Below the pieces are notes generated by a model. It had not been told where the DNA came from. It was given only the letters and a program-made list of their open reading frames with translations, and searched no databases. From the NCBI GenBank assembly GCA_037445735.1, contig JBBIJY010000003.1, forward strand, positions 32,001 to 96,000: a stretch of 64,000 bases of DNA, read 5' to 3'. The DNA comes from Armatimonadota bacterium (GTDB taxonomy: Bacteria; Armatimonadota; Fimbriimonadia; Fimbriimonadales; GBS-DC). The position numbers and the translations under genes were made by a program. This document shows positions 1-9,810 of this stretch, piece by piece (positions within the stretch are counted from its first letter, which is position 1; each line of letters starts with the position of its first letter).

Positions 1-73
1 TCGACTGAGCCATTGCTCCGCTGGCAACCAGGGTTGCAGCCGCCAGAGCTATCAGAATCTTGTTCGTACGCAT
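1..73 (-). CDS. 5' end of a secreted protein (truncated by window edge), MRTNKILIALAAATLVASGAMAQS...
   Basis: Not in ORF track. ATG at 73-71, AGGAGG Shine-Dalgarno at 88-83, Sec signal peptide with AMA|Q site, consensus promoter upstream. Confidence 0.8.
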   Translation of the reverse strand, partial: MRTNKILIALAAATLVASGAMAQS

Positions 74-211
74 CACACACATCCTCCTTTCTGAGGTTTG
101 GTGTTGCCGTTTTCAGGGCGAAACTGAAACGGCACTGCAGCGACTACGCTGCATCAGCGCATTGCCTATGGCTGGTGCGGGAGAGTGCCACTCTCCGCAT
201 CACCGATTCCT

Positions 212-241
212 ATTATACCCCATTTCTGGGGCGATTGTCAA
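212..241 (-). promoter_or_regulatory. sigma70-type promoter P1 (TTGACA-N18-TATAAT)
   Basis: Perfect -35 and -10 hexamers on the minus strand, facing the signal-peptide ORF. Confidence 0.85.
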
Positions 242-275
242 GGGGTCAGAAGCGTTTTCCCCCGATTCGCCCTCT

Positions 276-305
276 ATTATACCCCATTTCGGGAGCGTTT
301 GTCAG
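276..305 (-). promoter_or_regulatory. duplicated sigma70-type promoter P2 (CTGACA-N18-TATAAT)
   Basis: Near copy of P1 64 bp upstream; shares GAAATGGGGTATAATAG. Confidence 0.7.
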
Positions 306-341
306 GCAGCGGCATGGTGTTCGAAAATGCTGTTCGTAGTG

Positions 342-470
342 AGGTGGCTAAAGCCGTTCCTATAAAACGAAGCCGACCTGAGTCGGCTGAAGGAGCAAGC
401 GCGTCTCGTGCTGGAACCCGGCGGGGCACCCCAGGCCACGGAAGCCAGCGCCAGCGGGCTTTGTCTGGAT
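342..470. repeat. REP-like pair of palindromes
   Basis: ACGAAGCCGACCTGAGTCGGCT and an inverted relative AAGCCAGCGCCAGCGGGCTTTGT in the intergenic region. Confidence 0.45.
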
Positions 471-500
471 GAGCGTCACAAATCGGGTACAATATTTTCG

Positions 501-1895
501 ATGGCAGCAGCGCAGGTGGTGTCGGTCAAGCAGGCATATCAGATGCCCATCGGCAGTCGGCTCACTGTGCGCGGCTGGGTGCGCTCCCGCCGCGATTCGA
601 AGGGCATCTCGTTCATCGAACTCAACGACGGCTCCCGCTTCAAAAGCCTGCAGCTGGTGGTGAACGAGGGCGTCGTGCCTGAAGGCTTGCTTAAGCGCAT
701 CACCGCCGGTGCCTGCATCGCCGCCACGGGCGAGCTGGTCGAATCGCCTGCACCGGGTCAGCCCGTCGAGCTGCGCGTGGAGAGCCTCCATCTTTACGGC
801 GAAGCCGACCCGGCGACCTACCCGATGCAGAAGAAGGGGCACTCCTTCGAGTTCCTGCGCGAGATTGCCCATCTGCGCGTGCGGGGCAACACCTTCGGGG
901 CGGTGTTCCGCGTGCGGAACGCGCTCGCCTATGCCATCCACAAATTCTTTCAGGAACGCGACTTCCTCTATGTCCACACGCCCATCATCACGCCTTCCGA
1001 CTGCGAGGGCGCAGGCGCGCTCTTCCGTGTCACCACCCTTGATCTGGAGAACCCGCCGCGCACGCCCGATGGACACATCGACTGGAGCCAGGACTTCTTC
1101 GGCAGACCGACCTACCTCACCGTCAGCGGTCAGCTGGAAGCCGAGATTTTCGCGCTCGCCTTCGGCAAAGTGTACACCTTCGGTCCCACCTTCCGCGCCG
1201 AGAACAGCAACACGCCCCGCCACCTCGCCGAGTTCTGGATGATCGAACCCGAAATGGCGTTCTACGAGCTGCCCGACAACATGCGCCTCGCCGAAGAGTT
1301 CCTCAAATATATCATCCAGTATGTGCTGGACAACTGCCGTGAAGACATGGATTTCTTCCACCAGCGCATCGACAACACGGTGCTGGCGACACTGGAGCAT
1401 GTGGCGACCGCCACCTTCGAACACCTGACCTACACGGAGGCGATCCAGATTTTGCAACAAGCCGGGCGCGATTGGGAGTTTCCACCAGTGTGGGGCAACG
1501 ATTTGCAGACCGAGCATGAACGCTATCTGACCGAAGAGGTGTTCAAAAAGCCCGTGATTGTAACGGACTATCCGAAGGAGATTAAGGCGTTCTATATGCG
1601 GCTGAACGACGACGGGCGCACGGTGCGGGCGATGGATGTGCTGGTGCCGCGCGTGGGCGAGATAATCGGCGGCAGTCAGCGCGAGGAGCGGTACGATGTG
1701 CTGCTCCAGCGCATCCGCGAATCGGGGCTGAACGCGGAGGACTACTGGTGGTATCTTGACCTGCGCAGGTACGGCTCCGCACCCCACTCCGGCTTCGGAC
1801 TGGGCTTCGAACGCATGCTGATGTATATCACGGGCATGAAGAACATTCGCGATGTGATCCCGTTCCCGCGCACGCCAGGCAACGCCGAGTTCTGA
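501..1895 (+). CDS. asnS: asparagine--tRNA ligase
   Basis: OB-fold start (VRGWVRSRR), [50 protein letters not shown]. Confidence 0.97.
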   Translation: MAAAQVVSVKQAYQMPIGSRLTVRGWVRSRRDSKGISFIELNDGSRFKSLQLVVNEGVVPEGLLKRITAGACIAATGELVESPAPGQPVELRVESLHLYGEADPATYPMQKKGHSFEFLREIAHLRVRGNTFGAVFRVRNALAYAIHKFFQERDFLYVHTPIITPSDCEGAGALFRVTTLDLENPPRTPDGHIDWSQDFFGRPTYLTVSGQLEAEIFALAFGKVYTFGPTFRAENSNTPRHLAEFWMIEPEMAFYELPDNMRLAEEFLKYIIQYVLDNCREDMDFFHQRIDNTVLATLEHVATATFEHLTYTEAIQILQQAGRDWEFPPVWGNDLQTEHERYLTEEVFKKPVIVTDYPKEIKAFYMRLNDDGRTVRAMDVLVPRVGEIIGGSQREERYDVLLQRIRESGLNAEDYWWYLDLRRYGSAPHSGFGLGFERMLMYITGMKNIRDVIPFPRTPGNAEF

Positions 1896-1906
1896 TGGAG
1901 CGTCTA
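1879..1906 (+). promoter_or_regulatory. putative ECF-sigma promoter (GCAAC-N17-CGTCTA)
   Basis: Same spacing and motif as the promoters upstream of the ECF sigma gene and hsp20. Confidence 0.5.
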
Positions 1907-1921
1907 ATTAACGAGGCAACC

Positions 1922-2506
1922 ATGAGAGGCACAGTTTCCAGAGTCCAGATAGGTTTAGGAATCATCGGGCTGTTGATCCTGTGGGCGTGCTCGGGTGGCG
2001 GTGGAGGCGGCACAGGTAGCCTGCGTGTGGAGGGTACACCGCCTGGCGCCCAGGTGTTCCTGAACAACCAGCCGCGCGGCACCGCACCGCTCGAACTGAC
2101 CGATTTGCCCACCGGCACCTACACGGTTCGGGTCGAACTCGCCGAGAACGGGCAGATAGTTGCCCAGGAGTTTCAGGTGCGCGTTGGCGCCCAGAGCGTG
2201 GTGCGCTATGATCTGAATCAATTTCGCATCGAGGCAAGCCCTGCGCCGATAGCGGTGTGGGTTGGGGAACGACAGCAGGTGAGCGCCGTCGTGCGCGATT
2301 CCGCTGGCAACCGCCTCGCAGCGTCCTTCCGCTTCTCCATCATGGACACCACCGTTGCAACCATCGTCGAAACCACCGGGACCAGCTGCACCGTTCAGGG
2401 ACTTCGCAGTGGTAGCACCTACCTGAAGATTGAAGACGCCAATCGTGGTGTGGGCCTGCGCGTGCCCGTGTCTGTGCAGGACTTTCCACCCCCACCAGGT
2501 AATTAA
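1922..2506 (+). CDS. PEGA-domain lipoprotein with Ig-like (Big_2-like) domain
   Basis: Lipobox-like LWAC followed by poly-Gly; PEGA motif TPPGAQVFLNNQPRGTAPL; C-terminal FPPPPGN. Confidence 0.7.
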   Translation: MRGTVSRVQIGLGIIGLLILWACSGGGGGGTGSLRVEGTPPGAQVFLNNQPRGTAPLELTDLPTGTYTVRVELAENGQIVAQEFQVRVGAQSVVRYDLNQFRIEASPAPIAVWVGERQQVSAVVRDSAGNRLAASFRFSIMDTTVATIVETTGTSCTVQGLRSGSTYLKIEDANRGVGLRVPVSVQDFPPPPGN

Positions 2507-2524
2507 ACAGCACCGGGCAGAGGA

Positions 2525-3037
2525 ATGAACGAGGCAAAACGGCTGACGGTGCTGGAGATTGAGACCCGAAAGTTCCGCCGCCGCCTGCGCGGGTATGACC
2601 CGACGGCGGTGGAAGCTTTCCTGCAAGAGGTTGCCGCCTGCTACGAAGAGGTGCTGACCGAGAATCAGCAGCTGCGCGAGGAACTGATCGGCTTGCGGGA
2701 GGAGGTGCAGCGCTATCGCACTCTGGAGAACACACTCAAGGAGTCGCTGGTGCTGGCGCAAAAGAGCGCGGATGAGACCCGCGCGAACGCCCATCGCGAA
2801 GCGGAGCTGATTCTGCAGGCGGCGCGTCAGCAAGCCGAGCAGATTCGGCGCGAAGCGGAGGCGCGCATCCAGCACCTGCTGAACGAAATCGAGGCTCTCG
2901 AAACCCGCAAGCGCACGCTGATTATCGAACTGCGCTCCATGCTGCTCTCACACCTGCAGGCGCTTGAAGAACCTTTGCTGGACAATCAACATACCCTTAT
3001 TGATGCCAGTGCCACTCCACAAGAGAGTCCATCTTAA
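2525..3037 (+). CDS. divIVA: DivIVA/GpsB family cell-division protein
   Basis: LTVLEIETRKFRRRLRGYDPTAVEAFL motif followed by a coiled coil. Confidence 0.88.
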   Translation: MNEAKRLTVLEIETRKFRRRLRGYDPTAVEAFLQEVAACYEEVLTENQQLREELIGLREEVQRYRTLENTLKESLVLAQKSADETRANAHREAELILQAARQQAEQIRREAEARIQHLLNEIEALETRKRTLIIELRSMLLSHLQALEEPLLDNQHTLIDASATPQESPS

Positions 3038-3041
3038 TCTA

Positions 3042-6000
3042 CTATTCATTTATTATTAAATCAATTACAAATTTAATTAATTCATTTGCTTCACTTATAT
3101 TTTGTGGTGTTCGAATTTGAGTATCTGATCGCTGAAGGTTTTTACGCTTCAATATCTTTTGTAAGTAGTGGTCGATCCAGAAGGGAATATGAAGCTGCCC
3201 ATAATGATATAGTGCTAAAGCGGCTTCAGCGATTGAAGTTGCAAGTGCATACTGTCCCTGCAAGTGGAAGAGGGTCGCTAAGCCAGCAAATATTTCTGGA
3301 AAGGCGCGTATATTGTCCGTATTCTTAAACTTTTCCATTAATTTTATTAGTAAGCTTTCAGCTTCGTGCAAATCTTTTCTTAGCAGTGCGAGCCAAGCAT
3401 GTGTAATTTCCAAATTTTCCAAGCGAATTGAATATTTTATCATGATATTTTCTATTTTATTCATTATTTCTTTAAATTTTTTGTTTTTATTGTCCAAGAG
3501 ATAAAGAAATGCTAATCTGTAAAGTACCTTTAATTCAACTTTAATAATATTTGTTTGACGACAGAAGTCTAAAATATTGCAGAAAATTTGTTCAGACTTA
3601 CTAAAATTACGATGTAGGAGATGCAATTCAGCCAGACGCAGGAGGGAGTAGAGGCGATAGGTTTTATCGTGTTGTTCCTCACTTAGTTGGAGACTCTGCT
3701 GTAGCAACGACTCGGCAGGTTCAAATTGCCCCTGCAGCATTGCAATCCATCCCAGATTATTGAGGACCAAGCCAAGATCGCGGTAATCACCAGCCATTTC
3801 AAATAGATGGGCGGCTTGCTTCCAACATTGCTCGGCTGTTTGAAGCTGTAAACGGGCGCAATGCACATAACCCAATCGATGCAGCAGATCGCCCCTGAGC
3901 TTGGGTGAGTCTGCAATTTGCATACAAAGCGATAACGCTTGTTGAATCCATCTGTCCGCTTCTGAAATCTGTGCGTCATCGATTGCTAAAGCACTGAGAC
4001 CGCTGCATACCTCAGCTGCGCATTCCCAAAGTCCAAGACGATCGGCTTGCTGATAGGCATATTCATAAAGTTGCCAAGCGATCTGGTATTCACCGACTCG
4101 GCGCATTAGATAAGCAACGGCACTGCATAAGCGAATCTCAACCTCTGCTGGAAGCGCAGGATTAGGTAACTGACTCAACAGTTCTGCATACCAGTGCTGA
4201 ACCTCACCATAGGCACCAATAATCTCCAATAGTGATACCAGCCGTATAATCATCTCTGCTCCAACTACAATTTTGCCTGATCGAATCGCAGCGTTGATAG
4301 CCTCTATAAATTGATCACTGTATGAGACAACATGTTTATTTTTCAAAATAAAAACTTCTTTTTCATTTGATAAAATTTTGCATAAATTATAATAGTAATC
4401 AATAAATCGTTCTTTAATTTGTGATTCTCTATCTTTAGTTAAGTATTTTTTAGCAATCTCGCGGACAGGAGCTGGTACGGTGAACCAAGTTACTTGCTCA
4501 TCATATTCGGCTGTCACCAAGCCCGCTGCCAGCAGCTGTGCCAAATACTCATGGGCTAAGGGCTCCTCCAAGATAGCCTCCGTTGCTTCTATATCCCACC
4601 GCCCTTGAAAGATGCTCATTCCGCTTAGTAATTTTTGCAAAGGAGCAGAAAGGTGGTGATAGCTCCATCCGACTGCTGCCTCGAGCGCATCGCTAAATGA
4701 GCCATGACTCAGCTTATCATAAAGTTGGGTAGGGGTGTAAACGGCGATCCGCTTCGCCAGCAGGACTAATGCCAGGGGCAAACCGCCTGCCCAGCGACAT
4801 ATAGCAGCAACCGAAGACGCATTATGTACTGTTAGAGTGAAATAAGGGCACACACGATGTGCCTCTTCCACAAACAGGCGTACACTTGGATACATGGCAA
4901 TCCGCTCCATCTCGGTTTCGGCTACGGGCGGTGTCGGTAAGGGAGTCAAGGCTATTATCTCCTCCCCCTCAATACCAAGCGGCAGGCGCGAAGTCACCAA
5001 GCATCGTAGCCGTGGTGATTGAGCAAACCAACTCGACAACATCTCTCTCAACTCCTGAAGGTATAAGTCGGCTCCATCCAAAATCAAGATTGCAGAGCGA
5101 TTCTTCATTAAAGTTCCAATATTTTCAATAAAATTAATATTATCTAAATTTAAATTATTTAAAATTATTCTGTTTAAATTAGAATCTCTGCTTGACAACG
5201 AGAGGGGAATGAAAAACACCTCATATTTGCCTTGTTGTCGAACGCGCCAAGCAAATTCTTGAGCTAACCGCGTCTTGCCCACGCCTGCAGGACCAGTAAT
5301 GGTTAGCAGTTGGTCAGAGGCACCATGGTGCAGCCAGTCGCTAAGCATTGCCAGCTCGCTTTCACGCCCCCAGATATGCCCAACTGGGCGAAGTGATGAC
5401 AGAGAGGGTTTAACAAAGGGACTTGAATATGTTCCTTCATTTTTTATATATCCATTTATTAGAAATATATTTTCAGAATAATTTAAATTGTCATAAATTC
5501 CAAATAGCTCGAAGGTAAACTGTTGGGTTCGCCTCAGCCAAACCACCACGGGTTCCGTCGCGATAATCTGCCCAAGCGGTACTTGCAAGGCTAACTGTTG
5601 AGCAAACTGAAGTAGACGGCGCGGCTCGGACTGCCATTGCCCCATCAGCAGAGCACCAGCACCTTTTGAGGAAGCTATCTCCATCAGCCACTTCAGCGCC
5701 GTTTCTGGCGTGCTAAAGAGGGCAATGACAGACCGCTCTGCCGTCCGCACCAAAGTGCCTCCATGCTGACTTGCTGCTTTCCGAATGGCACGCGCATCGA
5801 TAGCAGGCGACAAGCGTGCAGCGGCAACTGTTACCAATCCCATCGGTAACGAATACGGATTAGAATAACTATGAACAATTTCAGTGCTTTGTTCCTTGTT
5901 TTCCAAACAAAAATCTTCTATTTTTTTCTTCAAATCTTTTGGCAGACATGACCAGTGTTTATGGAGCAGGCACTGAAGCGTATGAATATGCTTGTAACGC

Positions 6001-6503
6001 AAGCAAAGCAAGCAGAGTTGATGGAGCGCCTCTTGAAATCGTTGTTCCAGCATGGAGCGGTAGTTCCCTATCCAGAAGGCTTCATAACCTGCCAGGTACT
6101 CGCCTTCATAGAGTAAGCATGCCTGTTCGAGCAGAGGGATTCGTTCCGTCTCAGGCAAGTTGATCGCTTGCTCCAGCAACCAGAGGAACTGGGCTACATC
6201 TACTACCACTTGTGAAAAGTCCAGCGCAACCGTACGCCGTGTAATAATAAGCGGAGAGCGGAGGGGTATTGTTTCATCGGCAAGTGTGCGCTTCAAAGCG
6301 TGCAACTCCACTCTCAAATTCAATAAGGCTTTGGAGCGCACTGTCTTAGGAAACAGCAACTGCGCTAAATGCTCGCGTGTGTGCGGCTTGGGGAAGGTCG
6401 CCAAATATGCCAAGAGTACTTCCCCCTTGCGTGATCGGAATCGCTCGATAGGTTGCTGGTCGCGCTCCACACGAAAACCGCCCAAAAGCGCGATACGGTA
6501 CAT
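3042..6503 (-). CDS. AfsR/SARP-type STAND regulator: wHTH-BTAD, degenerate cyclase-like domain, NB-ARC ATPase, TPRs
   Basis: LLGGFRV...LLAYLA...TREHLAQLLFP; LYEGEYLAG; Walker A GPAGVGKT; LVTSRLPL; GGLPLAL; TPR-like helices. Much lower GC than flanks. Confidence 0.85.
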   Translation of the reverse strand: MYRIALLGGFRVERDQQPIERFRSRKGEVLLAYLATFPKPHTREHLAQLLFPKTVRSKALLNLRVELHALKRTLADETIPLRSPLIITRRTVALDFSQVVVDVAQFLWLLEQAINLPETERIPLLEQACLLYEGEYLAGYEAFWIGNYRSMLEQRFQEALHQLCLLCLRYKHIHTLQCLLHKHWSCLPKDLKKKIEDFCLENKEQSTEIVHSYSNPYSLPMGLVTVAAARLSPAIDARAIRKAASQHGGTLVRTAERSVIALFSTPETALKWLMEIASSKGAGALLMGQWQSEPRRLLQFAQQLALQVPLGQIIATEPVVVWLRRTQQFTFELFGIYDNLNYSENIFLINGYIKNEGTYSSPFVKPSLSSLRPVGHIWGRESELAMLSDWLHHGASDQLLTITGPAGVGKTRLAQEFAWRVRQQGKYEVFFIPLSLSSRDSNLNRIILNNLNLDNINFIENIGTLMKNRSAILILDGADLYLQELREMLSSWFAQSPRLRCLVTSRLPLGIEGEEIIALTPLPTPPVAETEMERIAMYPSVRLFVEEAHRVCPYFTLTVHNASSVAAICRWAGGLPLALVLLAKRIAVYTPTQLYDKLSHGSFSDALEAAVGWSYHHLSAPLQKLLSGMSIFQGRWDIEATEAILEEPLAHEYLAQLLAAGLVTAEYDEQVTWFTVPAPVREIAKKYLTKDRESQIKERFIDYYYNLCKILSNEKEVFILKNKHVVSYSDQFIEAINAAIRSGKIVVGAEMIIRLVSLLEIIGAYGEVQHWYAELLSQLPNPALPAEVEIRLCSAVAYLMRRVGEYQIAWQLYEYAYQQADRLGLWECAAEVCSGLSALAIDDAQISEADRWIQQALSLCMQIADSPKLRGDLLHRLGYVHCARLQLQTAEQCWKQAAHLFEMAGDYRDLGLVLNNLGWIAMLQGQFEPAESLLQQSLQLSEEQHDKTYRLYSLLRLAELHLLHRNFSKSEQIFCNILDFCRQTNIIKVELKVLYRLAFLYLLDNKNKKFKEIMNKIENIMIKYSIRLENLEITHAWLALLRKDLHEAESLLIKLMEKFKNTDNIRAFPEIFAGLATLFHLQGQYALATSIAEAALALYHYGQLHIPFWIDHYLQKILKRKNLQRSDTQIRTPQNISEANELIKFVIDLIINE

Positions 6504-6648
6504 CGCCCACCACCTGTTTTCGAGTATACCTCATTCTCCGCGCATTTCCTGCCAGTTGCGCGATGCAAACGGCGAAACGAACCCCATGAACGCATGCCTT
6601 CCACTTTTTTGACCAGAATACCGATAATCTCCATGAGGTGAACACATC

Positions 6649-6819
6649 ATGGCGGAGGGTATTCGCCCACCGGAGCGGGTGCTGCCGCGTGAGCCGGTGC
6701 GGGTCCAGCCGGTGCGGGACCAGCCGAACCAGCCGCGCCGTCCCCCACCACGCCCGAAATCGGGCGAGGAGCAGCCGCCCGACGAGAGCGAGGCACGCCA
6801 GCTCGATGTGGAAGTGTGA
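6649..6819 (+). CDS. small Pro/Gln-rich hypothetical protein (56 aa, MAEGIRPPERV...RQLDVEV)
   Basis: Not in ORF track. GAGGTG SD upstream; its stop abuts the GAGGAGG SD of the next gene. Confidence 0.6.
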   Translation: MAEGIRPPERVLPREPVRVQPVRDQPNQPRRPPPRPKSGEEQPPDESEARQLDVEV

Positions 6820-6831
6820 GGAGGTGCTGCG

Positions 6832-7299
6832 ATGGCAGAGATGATGGTGCTGCTGCAGGCGCTGCTGCTGGTGGCAGGCTGGCTGCTCTTCTTGCGGGCG
6901 CAGGCGGAGTTGCGGGCGCAGGCAGCACGCCAGTCGCTCACCGGCGAGATGGAAGAGCTGCGCCGTACCGTCGACGCGCTCCTGCAACGGCTCACCCGGG
7001 AAGCCGAATCTGCTGAGGCGCGCGTGCAAGCCGCCATCCACACGCTCCAGCAGACGCTGAACGGGGCCCAATCCCCGCAGCCAGTGCCAGAGACCACCAC
7101 CGAATCGCCCCCTGTGGAAACCCCCACCCCCACTATCGGGTATAAAATAGGCGAGAATGAGCCACACGCTTTTGGCACCGTCGCCGTGCTGGCGCAACAG
7201 GGCTTGAGCATCCAGGAAATCGCCCATCAAACGGGCTATGCACCAGGCGAAGTGGAACTCATTCTCAACTTGCAACGCCGACACCTGGAGGAGGAATGA
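6832..7299 (+). CDS. membrane-anchored coiled-coil protein with C-terminal HTH-like motif (DUF6115-like)
   Basis: N-terminal TM, coiled coil, C-terminal LAQQGLSIQEIAHQTGYAPGEVELILNL. Confidence 0.6.
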   Translation: MAEMMVLLQALLLVAGWLLFLRAQAELRAQAARQSLTGEMEELRRTVDALLQRLTREAESAEARVQAAIHTLQQTLNGAQSPQPVPETTTESPPVETPTPTIGYKIGENEPHAFGTVAVLAQQGLSIQEIAHQTGYAPGEVELILNLQRRHLEEE

Positions 7300-8342
7300 T
7301 GAAATATTCGATCGGAATTTGCTGGATCACAGGGCTGATAGCGGTGCTGATGCTACCTGCCTGCCGTTCAGGCGAGCCGTCCGTCGCCACAATCAACGAT
7401 AAACAGATACCCCGTGAGGAGTATTACCGACGGCTCGAAATAGTCAATCTGCCCGTGCAGATTGCACCAAACCAGTTCGTCACAATCCCCGCGGGCTATG
7501 CAGTGCTGCTGGCTATGATTCGTGAGCAGGTGCTGCTGCAAATGGCACGGGAGAAGGGTGTTATGCCGACCGATAAACAGGTCGAAGAGCGCGTCGAACG
7601 CGACTTCAAGAACAATCCCCAGATCAAGCAAGCCATCACCGAGCAGAAGATCATGACGCTGGACGAATATCGGCAGCAGGTTCGGGTGAATCTGGCTTAC
7701 TTTAACCTTATCACGCGCGGCGTGACCGTCACCGAGCAGGAGGTTCGAGAGTATTACGAACAGCGCAAGCGCGACTTTTATCGCCCCGCCTCCGTCCGCG
7801 TGCGCTATGTGGCGGTGGGGAACCCCCTCATCCGCAAGCAAATCGATGATGACCTAAAGCGCGGCTTCAGCTTCCAGAGCATCGTGCAAAAGTACGCGCA
7901 GAACCCCGCTGCGAACACCCAGGCCGGCGAGGGGGAAATCGCGATCGAGGGACCCATCCAGGCGCAGAACCAGGCACAGATGGCGCTGCAACAGCAGACC
8001 CGCCGTGTCTTACAAAATGCCAAGGTGGGACAGGTAACCGACTGGATCGAACTGGGGAATACCGCAATCCGATATGAGATCATCACCCGCCTGCCCGGTC
8101 GCCAGCTGCCCTTCGAGGAGGTGAAAGAAACCATCCGCGAACAACTGCTGTGGCAGAAGGGCATCCAGAAAAATCGGGACATCGATGTCGAGATTGCCCG
8201 CGCCGTCGCCAGAGCGAAGGTCGAGATTCTCAACCCGCGCTGGAAAGAGCGCTACGAAAAAGACCTGGAGCAGGTACGCAAGTCGCTGGAGGAGCAGGCA
8301 AAGCAAACGAGCCAGACCAATCCGACAGGCTCGACTCGTTGA
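7296..8342 (+). CDS. PrsA/SurA-like foldase lipoprotein
   Basis: Lipobox LPAC, VATINDKQI, SurA-N-like helices, VTEQEVREYYEQ, parvulin-like segment. Confidence 0.8.
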   Translation: MMKYSIGICWITGLIAVLMLPACRSGEPSVATINDKQIPREEYYRRLEIVNLPVQIAPNQFVTIPAGYAVLLAMIREQVLLQMAREKGVMPTDKQVEERVERDFKNNPQIKQAITEQKIMTLDEYRQQVRVNLAYFNLITRGVTVTEQEVREYYEQRKRDFYRPASVRVRYVAVGNPLIRKQIDDDLKRGFSFQSIVQKYAQNPAANTQAGEGEIAIEGPIQAQNQAQMALQQQTRRVLQNAKVGQVTDWIELGNTAIRYEIITRLPGRQLPFEEVKETIREQLLWQKGIQKNRDIDVEIARAVARAKVEILNPRWKERYEKDLEQVRKSLEEQAKQTSQTNPTGSTR

Positions 8343-8357
8343 CAGGCTGGTCTTGCG

Positions 8358-9806
8358 ATGATCTATCTGGTGGGGCTGGGGGCAGGCGGTGCGCGGGAGA
8401 TGAGCGCGGAGGCGCTGGGCGCGCTTCGGCGCGCCCAGCGGGTGCTGTTGCGAACCGCCAGCCACCCCGCTGCCACCACACTGCGCCTGGCAGGCATCGC
8501 CTTCGAATCGCTGGATGAGCTGGCGCCCGATGCGGATGCGGATGCGAATGCGCGCGCCCATCGCATCGCCGAGTTCGTGCTGAACGCCGCGCGGGAAGCC
8601 AGCCCCATCGCCTACGCCGTGCCCGGACACCCCCTCATCGCCGAAGATTCGGTGCGAATCGTGCTCGAACGCGCCCAGCAAGAGGGCATCCCCACACGCC
8701 TGGTGCCCAGCCGCAGCTTTGTAGAACCTGTGCTGGAAGCCGTCGGCTACACCCTGAGCCACGGACTGCAACTGCTGGACGCTGGCACCCTGCCCCGTGT
8801 GCAACCGAACCCGAACCTGGCGCAGATTTATTATCAGTTAGAATCGCCCGAACTGGTGCGCCGCGTGCAGACCGAACTTCTGCGCCACTACCCGCCCGAC
8901 TTCCCCGTCACACTGGTGCATGCCGCGGGCATCGAAGGCGCAACGGAGGTCAAAACGGTGCCGCTGGCGCAGTTAGACCAGCAGCGGTACGACCCGCTCA
9001 CCAGCCTGTTCGTGCCGCCCGCGCCGCAGCGCCAGCGCCGCTTCGAAGGATTCGACGGGCTGGCAGAGATTGTCGCCATCCTGCGCAGCCCCGAAGGCTG
9101 CCCGTGGGACCGGGAGCAGACCCACGAAAGCCTCAAGCCCTTCCTGATTGAGGAGGCGTACGAGGTCATCGACGCCCTCGATTCGGGCGACGCCGATAAA
9201 CTGTGCGAGGAGCTGGGCGACCTGCTGCTGCAGGTGATGTTGCACAGCCAGCTGGCGAAGGAGCGCGGCGCGTTCGACATCTATCAGGTGGTTCAGCGAC
9301 TGAACGACAAGCTGGTACAGCGCCACCCGCATGTGTTCGGCGATGTCGCGCTGGAGAACGCCGACGAGGTGCTGCGCAACTGGGATCGGCTCAAGCGCGA
9401 GCAGCGAGCGCACGCCTCGATCCTGGAGGGCATCCCGCGCTCGATGCCCGCATTACTGCGGGCGCTGGAGGTCTCCCGGCGCGCCTCCCGCGCAGGCTTC
9501 GAGTGGGAGAGCATCCAGGGCGTGCTGGAAAAGCTCGAAGAAGAGGAGCGCGAGCTGCGCCGCGCCATCGAAAGCGGCTCGGAAGAACGCATCGACGCCG
9601 AAATCGGCGACCTGCTGTTCACGGCGGTGAACATCGCCCGCCACGCGGGGCTGAACCCCGAAGAGAGCCTGCGCCGCATGGTCGATCGCTTCATCCAGCG
9701 ATTCCACTGGATGGAGCAGGCGGTTGCTCAACAGGGACGCACCCTCGAATCGCTCACGCCTGACGAGTGGGAAGCCCTCTGGCAGCAGGCGAAACAGCAG
9801 ACATAG
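8358..9806 (+). CDS. mazG: YabN-type tetrapyrrole methylase-like/MazG pyrophosphohydrolase fusion
   Basis: IYLVGLGAG, YAVPGHPLIAE, GCPWDREQTHESL, EELGDLLLQV, EIGDLLF. Confidence 0.93.
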   Translation: MIYLVGLGAGGAREMSAEALGALRRAQRVLLRTASHPAATTLRLAGIAFESLDELAPDADADANARAHRIAEFVLNAAREASPIAYAVPGHPLIAEDSVRIVLERAQQEGIPTRLVPSRSFVEPVLEAVGYTLSHGLQLLDAGTLPRVQPNPNLAQIYYQLESPELVRRVQTELLRHYPPDFPVTLVHAAGIEGATEVKTVPLAQLDQQRYDPLTSLFVPPAPQRQRRFEGFDGLAEIVAILRSPEGCPWDREQTHESLKPFLIEEAYEVIDALDSGDADKLCEELGDLLLQVMLHSQLAKERGAFDIYQVVQRLNDKLVQRHPHVFGDVALENADEVLRNWDRLKREQRAHASILEGIPRSMPALLRALEVSRRASRAGFEWESIQGVLEKLEEEERELRRAIESGSEERIDAEIGDLLFTAVNIARHAGLNPEESLRRMVDRFIQRFHWMEQAVAQQGRTLESLTPDEWEALWQQAKQQT

Positions 9807-9810
9807 CGCA

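Noticed and set aside
408-500. N-terminal extensions in the ORF track (asnS, nuoN, yitJ, lpxC, sugE and others)
   Set aside because: Family motifs and SD or -10 signals support the downstream starts.
360-1787. Long antisense or alternate-frame ORFs (e.g. 360-1787, 19097-20434, 24302-26002, 40690-42297, 53333-54373)
   Set aside because: They are shadows of well-supported genes in high-GC sequence and carry no recognisable motifs.
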